The position numbers and the translations under genes are program-made. Positions 30,339 through 40,021 of a DNA stretch of 64,000 bases are shown here, piece by piece (position 1 is the first letter of the stretch; every line of letters begins with the position of its first letter). This DNA is from Bdellovibrionota bacterium. Lineage in GTDB: Bacteria > Bdellovibrionota > UBA1018 > CAIPTA01 > JAALKR01. Below the pieces are notes generated by a model that saw nothing but the letters and a program-made list of their open reading frames with translations, ran no database searches and was not told the DNA's origin. The stretch is from NCBI GenBank assembly GCA_965207455.1, contig CBDBMJ010000001.1, positions 96,001 to 160,000 of the forward strand, read 5' to 3'.

Positions 30339-31415
30339 ATGAAAAGAAATCAAATAGTGGTTTTATATGGAGGTCGCTCCAACGAACATGAAGTTTCCCT
30401 GCAATCTGCTGCCTCTGTTATACGGAATTTGGATACCAATCGTTATACCGTTATTCCCATAGGTATCGACAAGCAAGGAAATTGGAAGTGGACTCCCAAT
30501 ACCACCCCATCCATCCCAGCCTCTGCCCCTTCAGTATATATGCCACCCATGGAGCGAAAAATTGTGGAGATTGCGTCCAACAAAGTATTGGCTACTGTGG
30601 ATATGATTTTTCCCGTTATGCATGGATCGTTTTATGAGGATGGTGCTATTCAGGGAGCCTGTGAAATCGCAGGTATTCCTTATGTGGGCTCCGGTATTCC
30701 TGGGTCTGCCATTGCCATGGATAAGGACATAGCCAAGCGACTGGTAGAACATAAGAATATTTCCGTGGTCCCCTATACAACAGTGTATTCTTCCCAAGAT
30801 AGCTTGAGTCTTTCTAAAGCCGTGGAATATCCAGTCTTTGTAAAGCCAGCGAGTCTAGGATCCAGTGTGGGTATTAGCAAAGTGAGTTCTCCAGAGGAAC
30901 TGGATCCTGCCCTGAAAATAGCTTTTCAGTTTGATAGGAAAGTGCTGCTGGAGAAATATATTCCGGGTAGGGAAATTGAAGTGGCAGTTTTGGAAAACCG
31001 TAATTTTTTAGAACCACCGAGAACAAGCCTGCCGGGAGAAATTGTTTCCAATCCGGGAGAGTTTTATTCTTACGAAGCAAAATATATTCACGGAGATAAA
31101 GCTAAGCTTTGTGCCCCAGCCCCGTTGAAAGAAGAACAGGTGCAGGCAGTACAGGCGTTAGCAGGAAAAATATTTCGCTGCTTAGAGTGCCGAGGTATGG
31201 CTCGTGTGGATTTTTTTCTCGACGAGCAAAGCAACACATTTTATTTTAATGAAATTAACAGCATCCCTGGCTTTACAGACATTAGCATGTTTCCAAAGCT
31301 TTGGGAGATATCAGGGCTATCCTACACTAGCCTACTCACTGAGCTCATCGAGCTTGCCTGGGAGCGAGACAGGGAATCGTCGGCTTTACGTAGGACATTT
31401 TCTGAAAGCCCATGA
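30339..31415 (+). CDS. ddl: D-alanine--D-alanine ligase
   Basis: GGRSNEHEVSL, HGSFYEDG, GSSVGI, YSYEAKY, NEINSIPGFT. Confidence 0.96.
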   Translation: MKRNQIVVLYGGRSNEHEVSLQSAASVIRNLDTNRYTVIPIGIDKQGNWKWTPNTTPSIPASAPSVYMPPMERKIVEIASNKVLATVDMIFPVMHGSFYEDGAIQGACEIAGIPYVGSGIPGSAIAMDKDIAKRLVEHKNISVVPYTTVYSSQDSLSLSKAVEYPVFVKPASLGSSVGISKVSSPEELDPALKIAFQFDRKVLLEKYIPGREIEVAVLENRNFLEPPRTSLPGEIVSNPGEFYSYEAKYIHGDKAKLCAPAPLKEEQVQAVQALAGKIFRCLECRGMARVDFFLDEQSNTFYFNEINSIPGFTDISMFPKLWEISGLSYTSLLTELIELAWERDRESSALRRTFSESP

Positions 31416-31441
31416 TAGAAGAAAGAAAAGGAGAAATTAAA

Positions 31442-32347
31442 ATGAATAAAAAAGTAAATATTCATGGTATTCCCATGGACTTGGGAGTGGATATACGGGG
31501 AGTGGATATGGGCCCATCAGCAATGCATATCGCTGGCATAGGAGTTGCTTTGAAAAAAATGGGCTACTACGTGGAGGAACAGCAAGGTTTTAGTGAAAGC
31601 AGAATGAACTTAGGCAAGGATGATAGCCGAGCAAAGTATGCAAAAGAAATTAACGACGTTTGTGAAAAGCTATTTCAAAAAGCCGTTGAGTATAAAGAAA
31701 AAAATAGCATTCCCATTTTTGTAGGTGGCGATCACTCCATTGCCATGGGAACAGTCTCTGGAATATCCCATTACTTTCAACAACAAAAAAAGCAGTTAGG
31801 CCTTATTTGGTTTGATGCCCACGGAGATATGAACACTCCTGATATTTCTCTTTCGGGAAATGTGCATGGCATGCCTTTAGCCGCTCTTTTGCACCAAGAA
31901 AAAGAATCCTTTTCTGAGGTAGCCAGTCGATGCCAGATTCAGCCTAAAAATGTGTCCATTGTTGGCGTGCGGGATCTGGATTCTCAAGAGCAAAAAGCTC
32001 TTATAAACTCTGGTGTGGGTATATTTAGTATGAAGGCTATAGATAACCTGGGAATGGCAGAAGTAACCAGACAGGCAATTAAGAGAGCCATGGACGGTAC
32101 ATCAGGCTTCCACCTCTCCTTTGATATTGACGGCCTAGACCCCTCGATTGCTCCAGGTGTAAGCACTCCCGTGCCCGGTGGAGTAAATTTTCGAGAGGCT
32201 CACCTGTTTATGGAGCTATTGTGGGACTCCAAGGGACTCCAATCCATGGACATTGTGGAACTCAATCCCATACGAGATAAGAAAAATATCACAGCCGAGG
32301 TGATGGTGAAATTAGTGGAAAGCGCATTGGGAAAATCCATTATTTAA
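31442..32347 (+). CDS. rocF: Arginase
   Basis: GGDHS, DAHGDMNT, SGNVHGMP, SFDIDGLDP; GGAG RBS before 31442. Confidence 0.94.
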   Translation: MNKKVNIHGIPMDLGVDIRGVDMGPSAMHIAGIGVALKKMGYYVEEQQGFSESRMNLGKDDSRAKYAKEINDVCEKLFQKAVEYKEKNSIPIFVGGDHSIAMGTVSGISHYFQQQKKQLGLIWFDAHGDMNTPDISLSGNVHGMPLAALLHQEKESFSEVASRCQIQPKNVSIVGVRDLDSQEQKALINSGVGIFSMKAIDNLGMAEVTRQAIKRAMDGTSGFHLSFDIDGLDPSIAPGVSTPVPGGVNFREAHLFMELLWDSKGLQSMDIVELNPIRDKKNITAEVMVKLVESALGKSII

Positions 32348-32411
32348 CAGCCACTACGCTATAATCAAGTACATTTTTCTCTCAAAATTTTAGCATGAAA
32401 TTGTCCAAAAT

Positions 32412-32446
32412 AAAAAATCCTCTGCCTATTACTAGGCAGAGGATTT
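32412..32446. terminator. Hairpin terminator of the repeated family
   Basis: AAATCCTCTGCCTA-ttac-TAGGCAGAGGATTT perfect stem. Confidence 0.8.
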
Positions 32447-32476
32447 CAGTTGTTGTTATTGTTATGTTAGTTCGTT

Positions 32477-33070
32477 CTATTCTTTAACTTTCTTAAAGTA
32501 GTAACAGTAATGTGTGAACGTATGGTTAATAACTCCCTGGCTTGGATACGCTGTAAGAGTAGTTTTTGACAGAAGATAGGGCATGCCTGATCCTGGCATT
32601 ACGTTCTTTCTGAGGCTATATTTAGTATCGGTCAAAAAAGCAAAGCTATTTTTATATACAAGGCTTCCATCTTCCAGCCTTGAGAACCTCGCGAGACTGC
32701 TTATCACAGATTCTGCCTCGCTTACACCATCCTTATCGGTGGGATAAAAAGTATCAAAGTATTTTGGATCTTTAGTACTGTGGAGAAAGAGAAAAAACTG
32801 ATGATGACTAGGTTTAGGACCGGCTTGGGATCCAGCAAGCAATGTAGCTTTAGGAGAATTTTGATCTTCTAAGCTATAGCAACGCCCACTCATCCAACCA
32901 ATAACGCCGCTTCTCTCTGCTGCTGATGAGTTGTGAAAGTGCCTCTCCAATGTCGAATAGTAAGTGTGTCCATCGAGTCTATCTAGCGGACCATTATCTC
33001 GCTCCTGCATTGTTGCTGCTGCTGTTACGGAAAACGTACATAAAAAAATTACTGCTATTATACTTTTCAT
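32477..33070 (-). CDS. Secreted hypothetical protein (paralog family with 35092 and 35921)
   Basis: Start MKSII with RBS; shared DNGPL, GW.SGRC, YCYYFKK..E. Confidence 0.8.
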   Translation of the reverse strand: MKSIIAVIFLCTFSVTAAATMQERDNGPLDRLDGHTYYSTLERHFHNSSAAERSGVIGWMSGRCYSLEDQNSPKATLLAGSQAGPKPSHHQFFLFLHSTKDPKYFDTFYPTDKDGVSEAESVISSLARFSRLEDGSLVYKNSFAFLTDTKYSLRKNVMPGSGMPYLLSKTTLTAYPSQGVINHTFTHYCYYFKKVKE

Positions 33071-33319
33071 AATTCTATTCCTTTCTTTTTGACTTAAGTC
33101 ACGAAAACAAGTGTCCATACGCCAGGTTAAATTGATTTTGCTTCTACAGTTACTATCGGATAAACTTAAAAATAAATACAATGATATTATTTGTTCCCTG
33201 TAATAAAAAAAATTTATATCAATTAGCGTTAATCCAAGGATCCACAAATGATAGAATATGACAAAAAAATTGCTTTGAATATAAAAGCAAAAATGGAAAC
33301 AAAGCAAAGTGACAGGCGT

Positions 33320-33796
33320 TTAATTACTTAAATGAAACCCAGAACCCATATAGTAAGTTTTTCTTCCTTTTTTAAATTGCTTTAACAGGGATAACTTTTT
33401 CGAGATTTTTCCGTTCTTGGAATTTTTCCAATAGTATTGGGTCCAAGAAGATCCATATTTTTTGGCAGTTTTAAACATGGTTTCTCCCACGTTTTTTTTT
33501 GTTACAGGATCCTTGACCCCTATAACTGAAATGCCGATGTTTTCAGGGGAGTTGGGATTAATAAGAGTTACTCCCTTGCTGTCAAAGATAAAAATATAAT
33601 TTGAATTTTTTAAATCTTGCTGTAGAAAAGCTTCTTTCCCTTGAGCTTGGAATTTTAGAATTGCCATATCAATCATCTGTGAGAGCTCTACCACTTGATT
33701 GGACCAACTGACCTCAAGTCGATGAGTATCCTTTTTACAGATTGTTCCACAAGCGGTTAAACCGAATAGAAGGGCTATAGAAATTAATCGTTGCAT
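33320..33796 (-). CDS. Stand-alone Cache-domain lipoprotein
   Basis: LTAC lipobox; YIFIFDSKG..L..P....IG, W..YYW.N...GK...K. Confidence 0.8.
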   Translation of the reverse strand: MQRLISIALLFGLTACGTICKKDTHRLEVSWSNQVVELSQMIDMAILKFQAQGKEAFLQQDLKNSNYIFIFDSKGVTLINPNSPENIGISVIGVKDPVTKKNVGETMFKTAKKYGSSWTQYYWKNSKNGKISKKLSLLKQFKKGRKTYYMGSGFHLSN

Positions 33797-33920
33797 TTGA
33801 TCTCCTTTTTTGAGGTTAGCGACATCATTAAGAATACTCGATTTTTTTTACATTTTAAAGAGTATAATGAAAATTTTTTGTCATAGGGGCTTCATGCGGC
33901 GCAACTTTGCATTTGCGTTC

Positions 33921-33948
33921 AAATCCCCTCGCTTGGAGGGGATTTTTT
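33921..33948. terminator. Hairpin AAATCCCCTC-gcttg-GAGGGGATTT overlapping a tRNA-repeat motif
   Basis: Perfect stem; related hairpin at 43666-43694. Confidence 0.7.
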
Positions 33949-33994
33949 ATTAGATTTTGACCTTACTCCAAACTCAATGGGTACTTATTTACTC

Positions 33995-34891
33995 CTAGTT
34001 CTGTGCACAGGGTCTGCCAGCAAAGTGAGTCACGCCGGGGCTACAAACTAGGCGAAGTGAATCGGACACTCCATTAAATACATTCGCAGATGGGTCGCGA
34101 AAAGAGTCATGAGGGAAATATCTCCAACCAGTTACATTAACTTCTTTTAAGTTTTTAGCAGAATCAAATATATTTTGTCCACCTCTCAGCCCACACTCTT
34201 TACAAGAATTGGCATAAAAACTAGATAAATCAACTTTAACTACACCAGAAGCAAAAAACATCATATTTACAAACTCTAAATCAGGCGTATGCATAGTGGA
34301 TAAATCAGGATGAGTTAATTTAGGAGTTTTAGCAAACGTAGATTCCATGCTATGCAACCGAGAGGTGTCTGTAGCACCAGAGGTAAATTTCGTAAGGTTA
34401 TTGCAATTATTAAACGAACCAGCCAAACTTCTCCAACCCATTTTTCCAAGTTGTTTCACTTCAATGAGCTTTCCACTAAATTTATACACGTCCGGCCACT
34501 GCTGTAATTTGGCAAAGTTCCAAGCTTCTAGAAGCCCGGAGATTGTAACTGTATAATCTCCCGGTTTTTTGTAAGTATGAGTGGACGTTTTAGGAATATC
34601 GCTACGATAATAAAGCATATTAGTATCATAACTACTGCTACCATCACCCCAGTCAATATCAATGCGATATCCATAGTTTTCAACTAAAGGAAGGGTAACC
34701 GTAAGGCTTTCATTTCCATATCCTTCCATTCCAACACGCCAAACAGTAATAAAAGGTTTTTTATGGTCTACAAATCGTGTCATGTATCGAGTAGTAGCAT
34801 TGGAAATTGTCGGTAGCGCACCACCGACAACAAAAAAGATTAGTGTTAAAGCCCCTAACCATAAGGCATTATTTTTTATTGTATTCTTCAT
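33995..34891 (-). CDS. Secreted BspA-like/DUF285 protein with PKD-like domain
   Basis: PFITVW, IDWGDG..THTY..PGDYTVTISG, V.QLG..GW.SL..SF..C.NL, DTS.. Confidence 0.82.
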   Translation of the reverse strand: MKNTIKNNALWLGALTLIFFVVGGALPTISNATTRYMTRFVDHKKPFITVWRVGMEGYGNESLTVTLPLVENYGYRIDIDWGDGSSSYDTNMLYYRSDIPKTSTHTYKKPGDYTVTISGLLEAWNFAKLQQWPDVYKFSGKLIEVKQLGKMGWRSLAGSFNNCNNLTKFTSGATDTSRLHSMESTFAKTPKLTHPDLSTMHTPDLEFVNMMFFASGVVKVDLSSFYANSCKECGLRGGQNIFDSAKNLKEVNVTGWRYFPHDSFRDPSANVFNGVSDSLRLVCSPGVTHFAGRPCAQN

Positions 34892-35091
34892 AGTTTTCCT
34901 TCTTTCTTTGATTTATTTTAAGAGGCACATTAGTGCAACTCTTTTTATGAGAATACTTTAATTTGAGCTGTTATACCAGTATTTTATACTCGGTAGTTTT
35001 TATGGATTCTGATAGCTAAGGAATGAAACAAAAAATTCCCTGCCTATTACGAAGACAGAGGATTTTGTTGTTTATTACTCTTGGCTTAGTG

Positions 35092-35679
35092 TTATTCTCT
35101 AATTTTTTTAAAGTAATAGCAGTATGGAGTGACTTTTGTGCCATCTGGATAGGATATTCCTAACAAAAGATATTCTGTATCTGACTCTAAACCTATTGTT
35201 CCCTTCCTTACATTCCATCTAGTATTAGAACTAAAATAAGCTACAAGGCTTCTGTCCTTCTGAGTTGATGGTTTTGCTTCATTTATTATAAGACTCTCCA
35301 TAAGTTCTACTAAGTTAGGATTGTCATCAATAAAATTATCAAAGTAGTTCGCATGTATGGAGCTACTCTCAACAATTGAATATTTATGTCGCGGAGTTAA
35401 GCCGTAATCAACCAAATCACCATCAATAAATCCAGCAATTAATGAGTTCCTAGCCCTGTTGGGTGTACTTTTATAAAAGCATCGTCCACTTGTCCAACCA
35501 AGAACATAACTCTCCTGTGCTGGTGCTGCATTGGCAAAAGCCTCTCCCAGTTGATCGAAGTAAGATTTATCACTCACCCTATTAGCCAGTGGACCGTTAT
35601 CCTGCACATTGGCTGCCGCTGACACAGAAAATGCACATAAAAATACCAGTACATAATGTTTTATACTATTTTTTATCAT
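35092..35679 (-). CDS. Secreted hypothetical protein, tandem paralog A
   Basis: 195 aa, signal peptide, AAGGAG RBS. Confidence 0.85.
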   Translation of the reverse strand: MIKNSIKHYVLVFLCAFSVSAAANVQDNGPLANRVSDKSYFDQLGEAFANAAPAQESYVLGWTSGRCFYKSTPNRARNSLIAGFIDGDLVDYGLTPRHKYSIVESSSIHANYFDNFIDDNPNLVELMESLIINEAKPSTQKDRSLVAYFSSNTRWNVRKGTIGLESDTEYLLLGISYPDGTKVTPYCYYFKKIRE

Positions 35680-35920
35680 TAATTTTATTCTCCTTTATTT
35701 AGTTTCGTTTATTTTACTTTAGCTTTTTACAAAAGTAAAAACTATTAAGAGGCACGTTTAGATCACGCATAAATAGATTCAGCTTTCCATAGGCTTCGTA
35801 CGCTATCTAATTTTATATTCGGTCGGTTTTATTGATTCTGATAGCTAAGGAATGAAACAAAAAATCCCCTGCCTATTACGAAGACAGAGGATTTTGTTGT
35901 TTATTACTCTTGGCTTAGTG

Positions 35921-36508
35921 TTATTCTCTAATTTTTTTAAAGTAATAGCAGTATGGAGTGACATTTGTGCCATCTGGATAGGATATTCCTAACAAAAGAT
36001 ATTCTGTATCTGACTCTAAACCTATTGTTCCCTTCCTTACATTCCATCTAGTATTAGAACTAAAATAAGCTACAAGGCTTCCGTCCTCCTGAGTTGATGG
36101 TTCTGCTTCATTTTTTATAAGATTCTCTACAGGTTCTACTCTATCAGGATCGTTATCAATAAAATTGTCAAAGTCGTTCGCACGTGCGGAGTGACTTTGA
36201 ATAATTGAATATTTATGCCGCTGAGTTAAACCGGGACCAACCAAATCGCTGTCAGTAAATCCAGCAATTAATGAGTTCCTAGCCCTGTTTGGTGTACTTT
36301 TACTAAAGCATCGTCCACTTGTCCAACCAAGAACATCACTTTCCTGTGCTGATGCTGCATTGTCAAAAGCCTCTCCTAGCCGGTCGAAGTGAGAGGTCCC
36401 ACTTGTTTCATCAGCTAACGGACCGTTATCCTGCACATTGGCTGCCGCTGACACAGAAAATGCACATAAAAATACCAGTACATAGTGTTTTATATTATTT
36501 TTTATCAT
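35921..36508 (-). CDS. Secreted hypothetical protein, tandem paralog B
   Basis: 195 aa, colinear with paralog A. Confidence 0.85.
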   Translation of the reverse strand: MIKNNIKHYVLVFLCAFSVSAAANVQDNGPLADETSGTSHFDRLGEAFDNAASAQESDVLGWTSGRCFSKSTPNRARNSLIAGFTDSDLVGPGLTQRHKYSIIQSHSARANDFDNFIDNDPDRVEPVENLIKNEAEPSTQEDGSLVAYFSSNTRWNVRKGTIGLESDTEYLLLGISYPDGTNVTPYCYYFKKIRE

Positions 36509-36646
36509 TATTTTATTCTCCTTTATTTAGTTTTAAGTTTCGTTCATTTTGTTTAGCTTTTACAAAAGCAAAAGCTATTAAGAGGCTACTAAGATACAAA
36601 ACATGCTGTCAATAGTTTTTTAATAATATTTTTAACAATTTTATTG

Positions 36647-37546
36647 ACGCAATTTAAAAAATCATCCAAAGATTTTTTCCCCCGCACTAGCTCCTCGCTC
36701 GCTCGGAACCAGTGCGGGTCATTGCTTCGCGTTCAAATCCCCTCTGATTTTTGTACCAAGGGGATCGAGGCTTGGGTTTAATGGATGGTTTTTAAATGTA
36801 AAGTTTGGTAGCTGGAGGGATTCAACCTACTACACAAAATTCCCTCCAAGGAATTTTCTTGCGTAGGCTCCCCTACGCAATTTAAAAAATCATCAAAGAT
36901 TTTTTTCCCCTCACTAGCTCCGCTCGCTCGGAACCAGTGCGGGTCATTGCTTCGCGTTCAAATCCCCTCTGATTTTTGTACCAAGGGGATCGAGGCTTGG
37001 GTTTAATGGATGGTTTTTAAATGTAAAGTTTGGTAGCTGGAGGGATTCAACCTACTACACAAAATTCCCTCCAAGGAATTTTCTTGCGTAGGCTCCCCTA
37101 CGCAATTTAAAAAATCATCAAAGATTTTTTTCCCCGCACTAGCTCCTCGCTCGCTCGGAGCCAGCGCGGGTCATTGCTTCGCTCCTCGCTCGCTCGGAAC
37201 CATCGCACTAGCTCCTCGCTCGCTCGGAGCCAGCGCGGGTCATTGCTTCGCGTTCAAATCCTCTGGATGGTGTTTTTTGAATATATTTGATTCTTTTAGA
37301 GATGATGTTTTATATTGGTAGCTGGAGGGATTCAACCTACTACACAAAATTCCCTCCAAGGAATTTTCTTGCGTAGGCTCCCCTACGCAATTTAAAAAAT
37401 CATCAAAGATTTTTTTGTTCACTATCGGAGATTTTTTTCCCCTCCAGAACCAGTGCGGGTCATTGCTTCGCGTTCAAATCCCCTCTGATTTTTGTACCAA
37501 GGGGATCGAGGCTTGGGTTTAATGGATGGTTTTTAAATGTAAAGTT
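36647..37546 (-). repeat. tRNA-linked tandem array of structured repeats (~4 units) carrying tRNA-Met 3'-end copies
   Basis: TGGTAGCTGGAG-GGATTCAACCT at 36806, 37031, 37316 versus tRNA end at 37547; several hairpins per unit. Confidence 0.9.
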
Positions 37547-37623
37547 TGGTAGCTGGAGAGGGATTTGAACCTTCGACCTTCGCTTTATGAATGCGATGCT
37601 CTAACCAACTGAGCTACCCAGCC
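37547..37623 (-). tRNA. tRNA-Met(CAT), elongator-type
   Basis: GGCTGGGTAGCTCAGTTGGTTAGAGCATCGCATTCATAAAGCGAAGGTCGAAGGTTCAAATCCCTCTCCAGCTACCA. Confidence 0.93.
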
Positions 37624-37702
37624 ACTCTGTGTACACACTACCGAATACCATAAAATCAGTATAAAGGTTTTTCGTCAAGCGCGATGTTATTCTAAAGAAC
37701 CC

Positions 37703-39937
37703 CTAGAAGCGCCTAGAACCGCCACCACCTCTAGAACCACCCCTATCTCCTCTATCTCCACGATTGTCGCGACTGTCCCGAGATGGTCGCCTGCTGTGCT
37801 CTCCCTCTGGTGGCGGCTTGTAGCCCGGAGGGGGATCTAAAAGCGCTTTTCTGGATAAACGCACTTTTCCCATGCGGTCAATATCCAATACCTTTACCTC
37901 CACTTGCTCTCCTTCCGATAAAACGTCCGTTACCTTGTTCACTCGGTCGTAAGCAATCTCTGAAATATGGAGAAGTCCCTCAGTAGAACCCGTTACAGAA
38001 ACAAAAGCACCAAAATCCACAATCTTTACCACTTTGCCGTTGTAAACTTTGCCCACTTCCACTTCTTCCACTAAACCCTCAATCATCTTCTTAGCCTTGT
38101 TGGCGTTTTCTGAATTGAGAGCAACAATGTTGATGGAACCGTCGTCACTTATGTCCACCTTCACGTCACACTCCTCAATAATTCCTCGAATTACCTTTCC
38201 ACCAGGACCAATAACAGTAGCAATCTTGTCTTGTGCAACTTTCATGGCGTATACCCGTGGAGCAAATTTTGAAATGTCCTCTTTCGGAGCAGAAATAGTT
38301 TTTGCCATCTCTCCTAAAATATGGAGCCTGCCCTCTTTGGCTTGGTGGAGCGCTTTTTCTAAAACAGATTTCGTTACACCATCTATCTTAATGTCCATTT
38401 GTATAGCAGTTATACCATCGGTAGTACCCGCAATTTTAAAGTCCATGTCCCCAAGATGATCCTCATCACCAAGAATGTCACTAAGGATAACAATGTCATC
38501 ACCCTCTTTAATAAGACCCATGGCAATTCCTGCTAAAGGCTTTTTGAGAGGAACACCCGCACTCATCAAAGCCATGGAACCACTACAAACGGAAGCCATA
38601 GACGACGAACCGTTGGACTCCAAAGTCTCACACACCACTCGAATGGTATAGGGAAAGTCTTCCTTACTTGGCATCATTGCACTCAATGCTCGCTCTGCTA
38701 ACATTCCGTGACCAATCTCACGTCGTCCAGGGGGACGAAGCGGACGAGCCTCTCCCACAGAAAAAGGAGGGAAATTATAATGCAACATAAATCGCTTGGC
38801 ACTCGAAGTGGCCCTGCTCTTTAACATTCCATCTTCAATCTGCTGATCCTCTTTTGTACCCAACGTAATGGCAGCCAATACCTGAGTTTCTCCACGAGTA
38901 AATAAACTGGAACCGTGACAACGGGGAAGAACGTTTATCTCAGATTCAATGGGACGAACTTGGGTGGAGGTACGTGCGTCCAGTCGCTTTTGATCCTTCA
39001 CAATCATGGCACGCATATAATTGTACTTGTTTGCTGCCATGGACTTCTCCAACAAAGGCTTTCTCTGAACATCGTCGCTGGCGAATTTTTCCATTACTTC
39101 TTTTTTCACTTCATCCAAAGCACTGTAGCGAGCTAACTTGTCCTTAATGGAAAAAGCAGCCTGTAATTGACTGGAACAAAAATCCCCTACCTCAGCAGTC
39201 AAAGCATCATCTTTTGCTTCCACTGAAAATTTTCGAGTGGGCTTGCCCACCTTGGCTTGAAAATCTTTTTGCAACTGAATCACCGGCTGCATGGACGTAT
39301 GGGCAAACATAATCGCCTCTAACATCTCATCTTCAGACAACTCTTGAGCCGAACCCTCTACCATCACCACCGCATCTTCAGTGCCTGCTACAATAATCTC
39401 TAAATCACTTTTTTCTATTTCCTCAGAGGATGGATTAATCTTAAGCTCACCGTCCACACGTCCCACACGCACTTCCGCAATGGGAGTGGTAAAAGGAATG
39501 TCGGAAATGCACAGAGCGCAGGAAGCGCCAATGGCTGCTACCACGTCGGGCATGTTTTGTGCCTCCACGGAAAGTATGGTGGCTTGCACTTGAACGTCGC
39601 ACATATAGCCTTCAGGGAAGAGGGGACGAATGGGACGATCGATGAGACGAGCACTAAGGGCTGCGTCCGAACTGGGGCGCGCCTCCCGTTTGAAAAAACC
39701 ACCCGGGAATCTTCCCGCTGCATAGTATTTCTCCACATAATCTACCGTTAAAGGGAAGAAACCTTGACCCTCTCTGGCCTCTTTGGCCGCAGTAGCTGTC
39801 ACTAGAACTAAGGTGTCTCCGTAGGAAACTAGCACGGAACCGTCGGCTTGTTTGGCCATTCGACCTGTTTCTATCGTTAGGGTCCTGCCCCCGAGCTCAC
39901 ACTCCATTGTTACTTTATTATTCATTTTATCTGTCAT
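37703..39937 (-). CDS. pnp: Polyribonucleotide nucleotidyltransferase
   Basis: FFPLTVDY, RREIGHG, SNGSSSMASVC, GDMDFK, KH and S1 domains. Confidence 0.99.
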   Translation of the reverse strand: MTDKMNNKVTMECELGGRTLTIETGRMAKQADGSVLVSYGDTLVLVTATAAKEAREGQGFFPLTVDYVEKYYAAGRFPGGFFKREARPSSDAALSARLIDRPIRPLFPEGYMCDVQVQATILSVEAQNMPDVVAAIGASCALCISDIPFTTPIAEVRVGRVDGELKINPSSEEIEKSDLEIIVAGTEDAVVMVEGSAQELSEDEMLEAIMFAHTSMQPVIQLQKDFQAKVGKPTRKFSVEAKDDALTAEVGDFCSSQLQAAFSIKDKLARYSALDEVKKEVMEKFASDDVQRKPLLEKSMAANKYNYMRAMIVKDQKRLDARTSTQVRPIESEINVLPRCHGSSLFTRGETQVLAAITLGTKEDQQIEDGMLKSRATSSAKRFMLHYNFPPFSVGEARPLRPPGRREIGHGMLAERALSAMMPSKEDFPYTIRVVCETLESNGSSSMASVCSGSMALMSAGVPLKKPLAGIAMGLIKEGDDIVILSDILGDEDHLGDMDFKIAGTTDGITAIQMDIKIDGVTKSVLEKALHQAKEGRLHILGEMAKTISAPKEDISKFAPRVYAMKVAQDKIATVIGPGGKVIRGIIEECDVKVDISDDGSINIVALNSENANKAKKMIEGLVEEVEVGKVYNGKVVKIVDFGAFVSVTGSTEGLLHISEIAYDRVNKVTDVLSEGEQVEVKVLDIDRMGKVRLSRKALLDPPPGYKPPPEGEHSRRPSRDSRDNRGDRGDRGGSRGGGGSRRF

Positions 39938-40021
39938 TATTTTTTATCTCCAATTTTGTTTTGTTTTACTTTTAGTATCTTTCTGGAAGTAGTGCGCACT
40001 TATAATAATTGAAAACAACGT

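Larger units (their letters stand above)
34981..36590. repeat. Tandem duplication, ~829-bp unit (gene plus terminator plus leader)
   Basis: 34981-~35760 aligns with 35810-~36590. Confidence 0.88.

Noticed and set aside
35092..36508. Diversity-generating retroelement TR/VR pair
   Set aside because: Differences involve all four bases in both directions rather than adenines only, both copies are full genes, and there is no reverse transcriptase in the window
37240..37422. 60 aa ORF in the repeat array
   Set aside because: Lies entirely within structured non-coding repeats; probably incidental
36647..37546. CRISPR array or additional tRNA genes
   Set aside because: Repeats are far too long, most linkers are identical, and the copies contain only the last ~23 nt of the tRNA with no D or anticodon arm
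37547..37623. tRNA-Met as a pseudogene because of mismatches (G1-U72, 31/39, A51-C63)
   Set aside because: Similar non-Watson-Crick pairs occur in normal elongator tRNA-Met; the cloverleaf and CCA are intact
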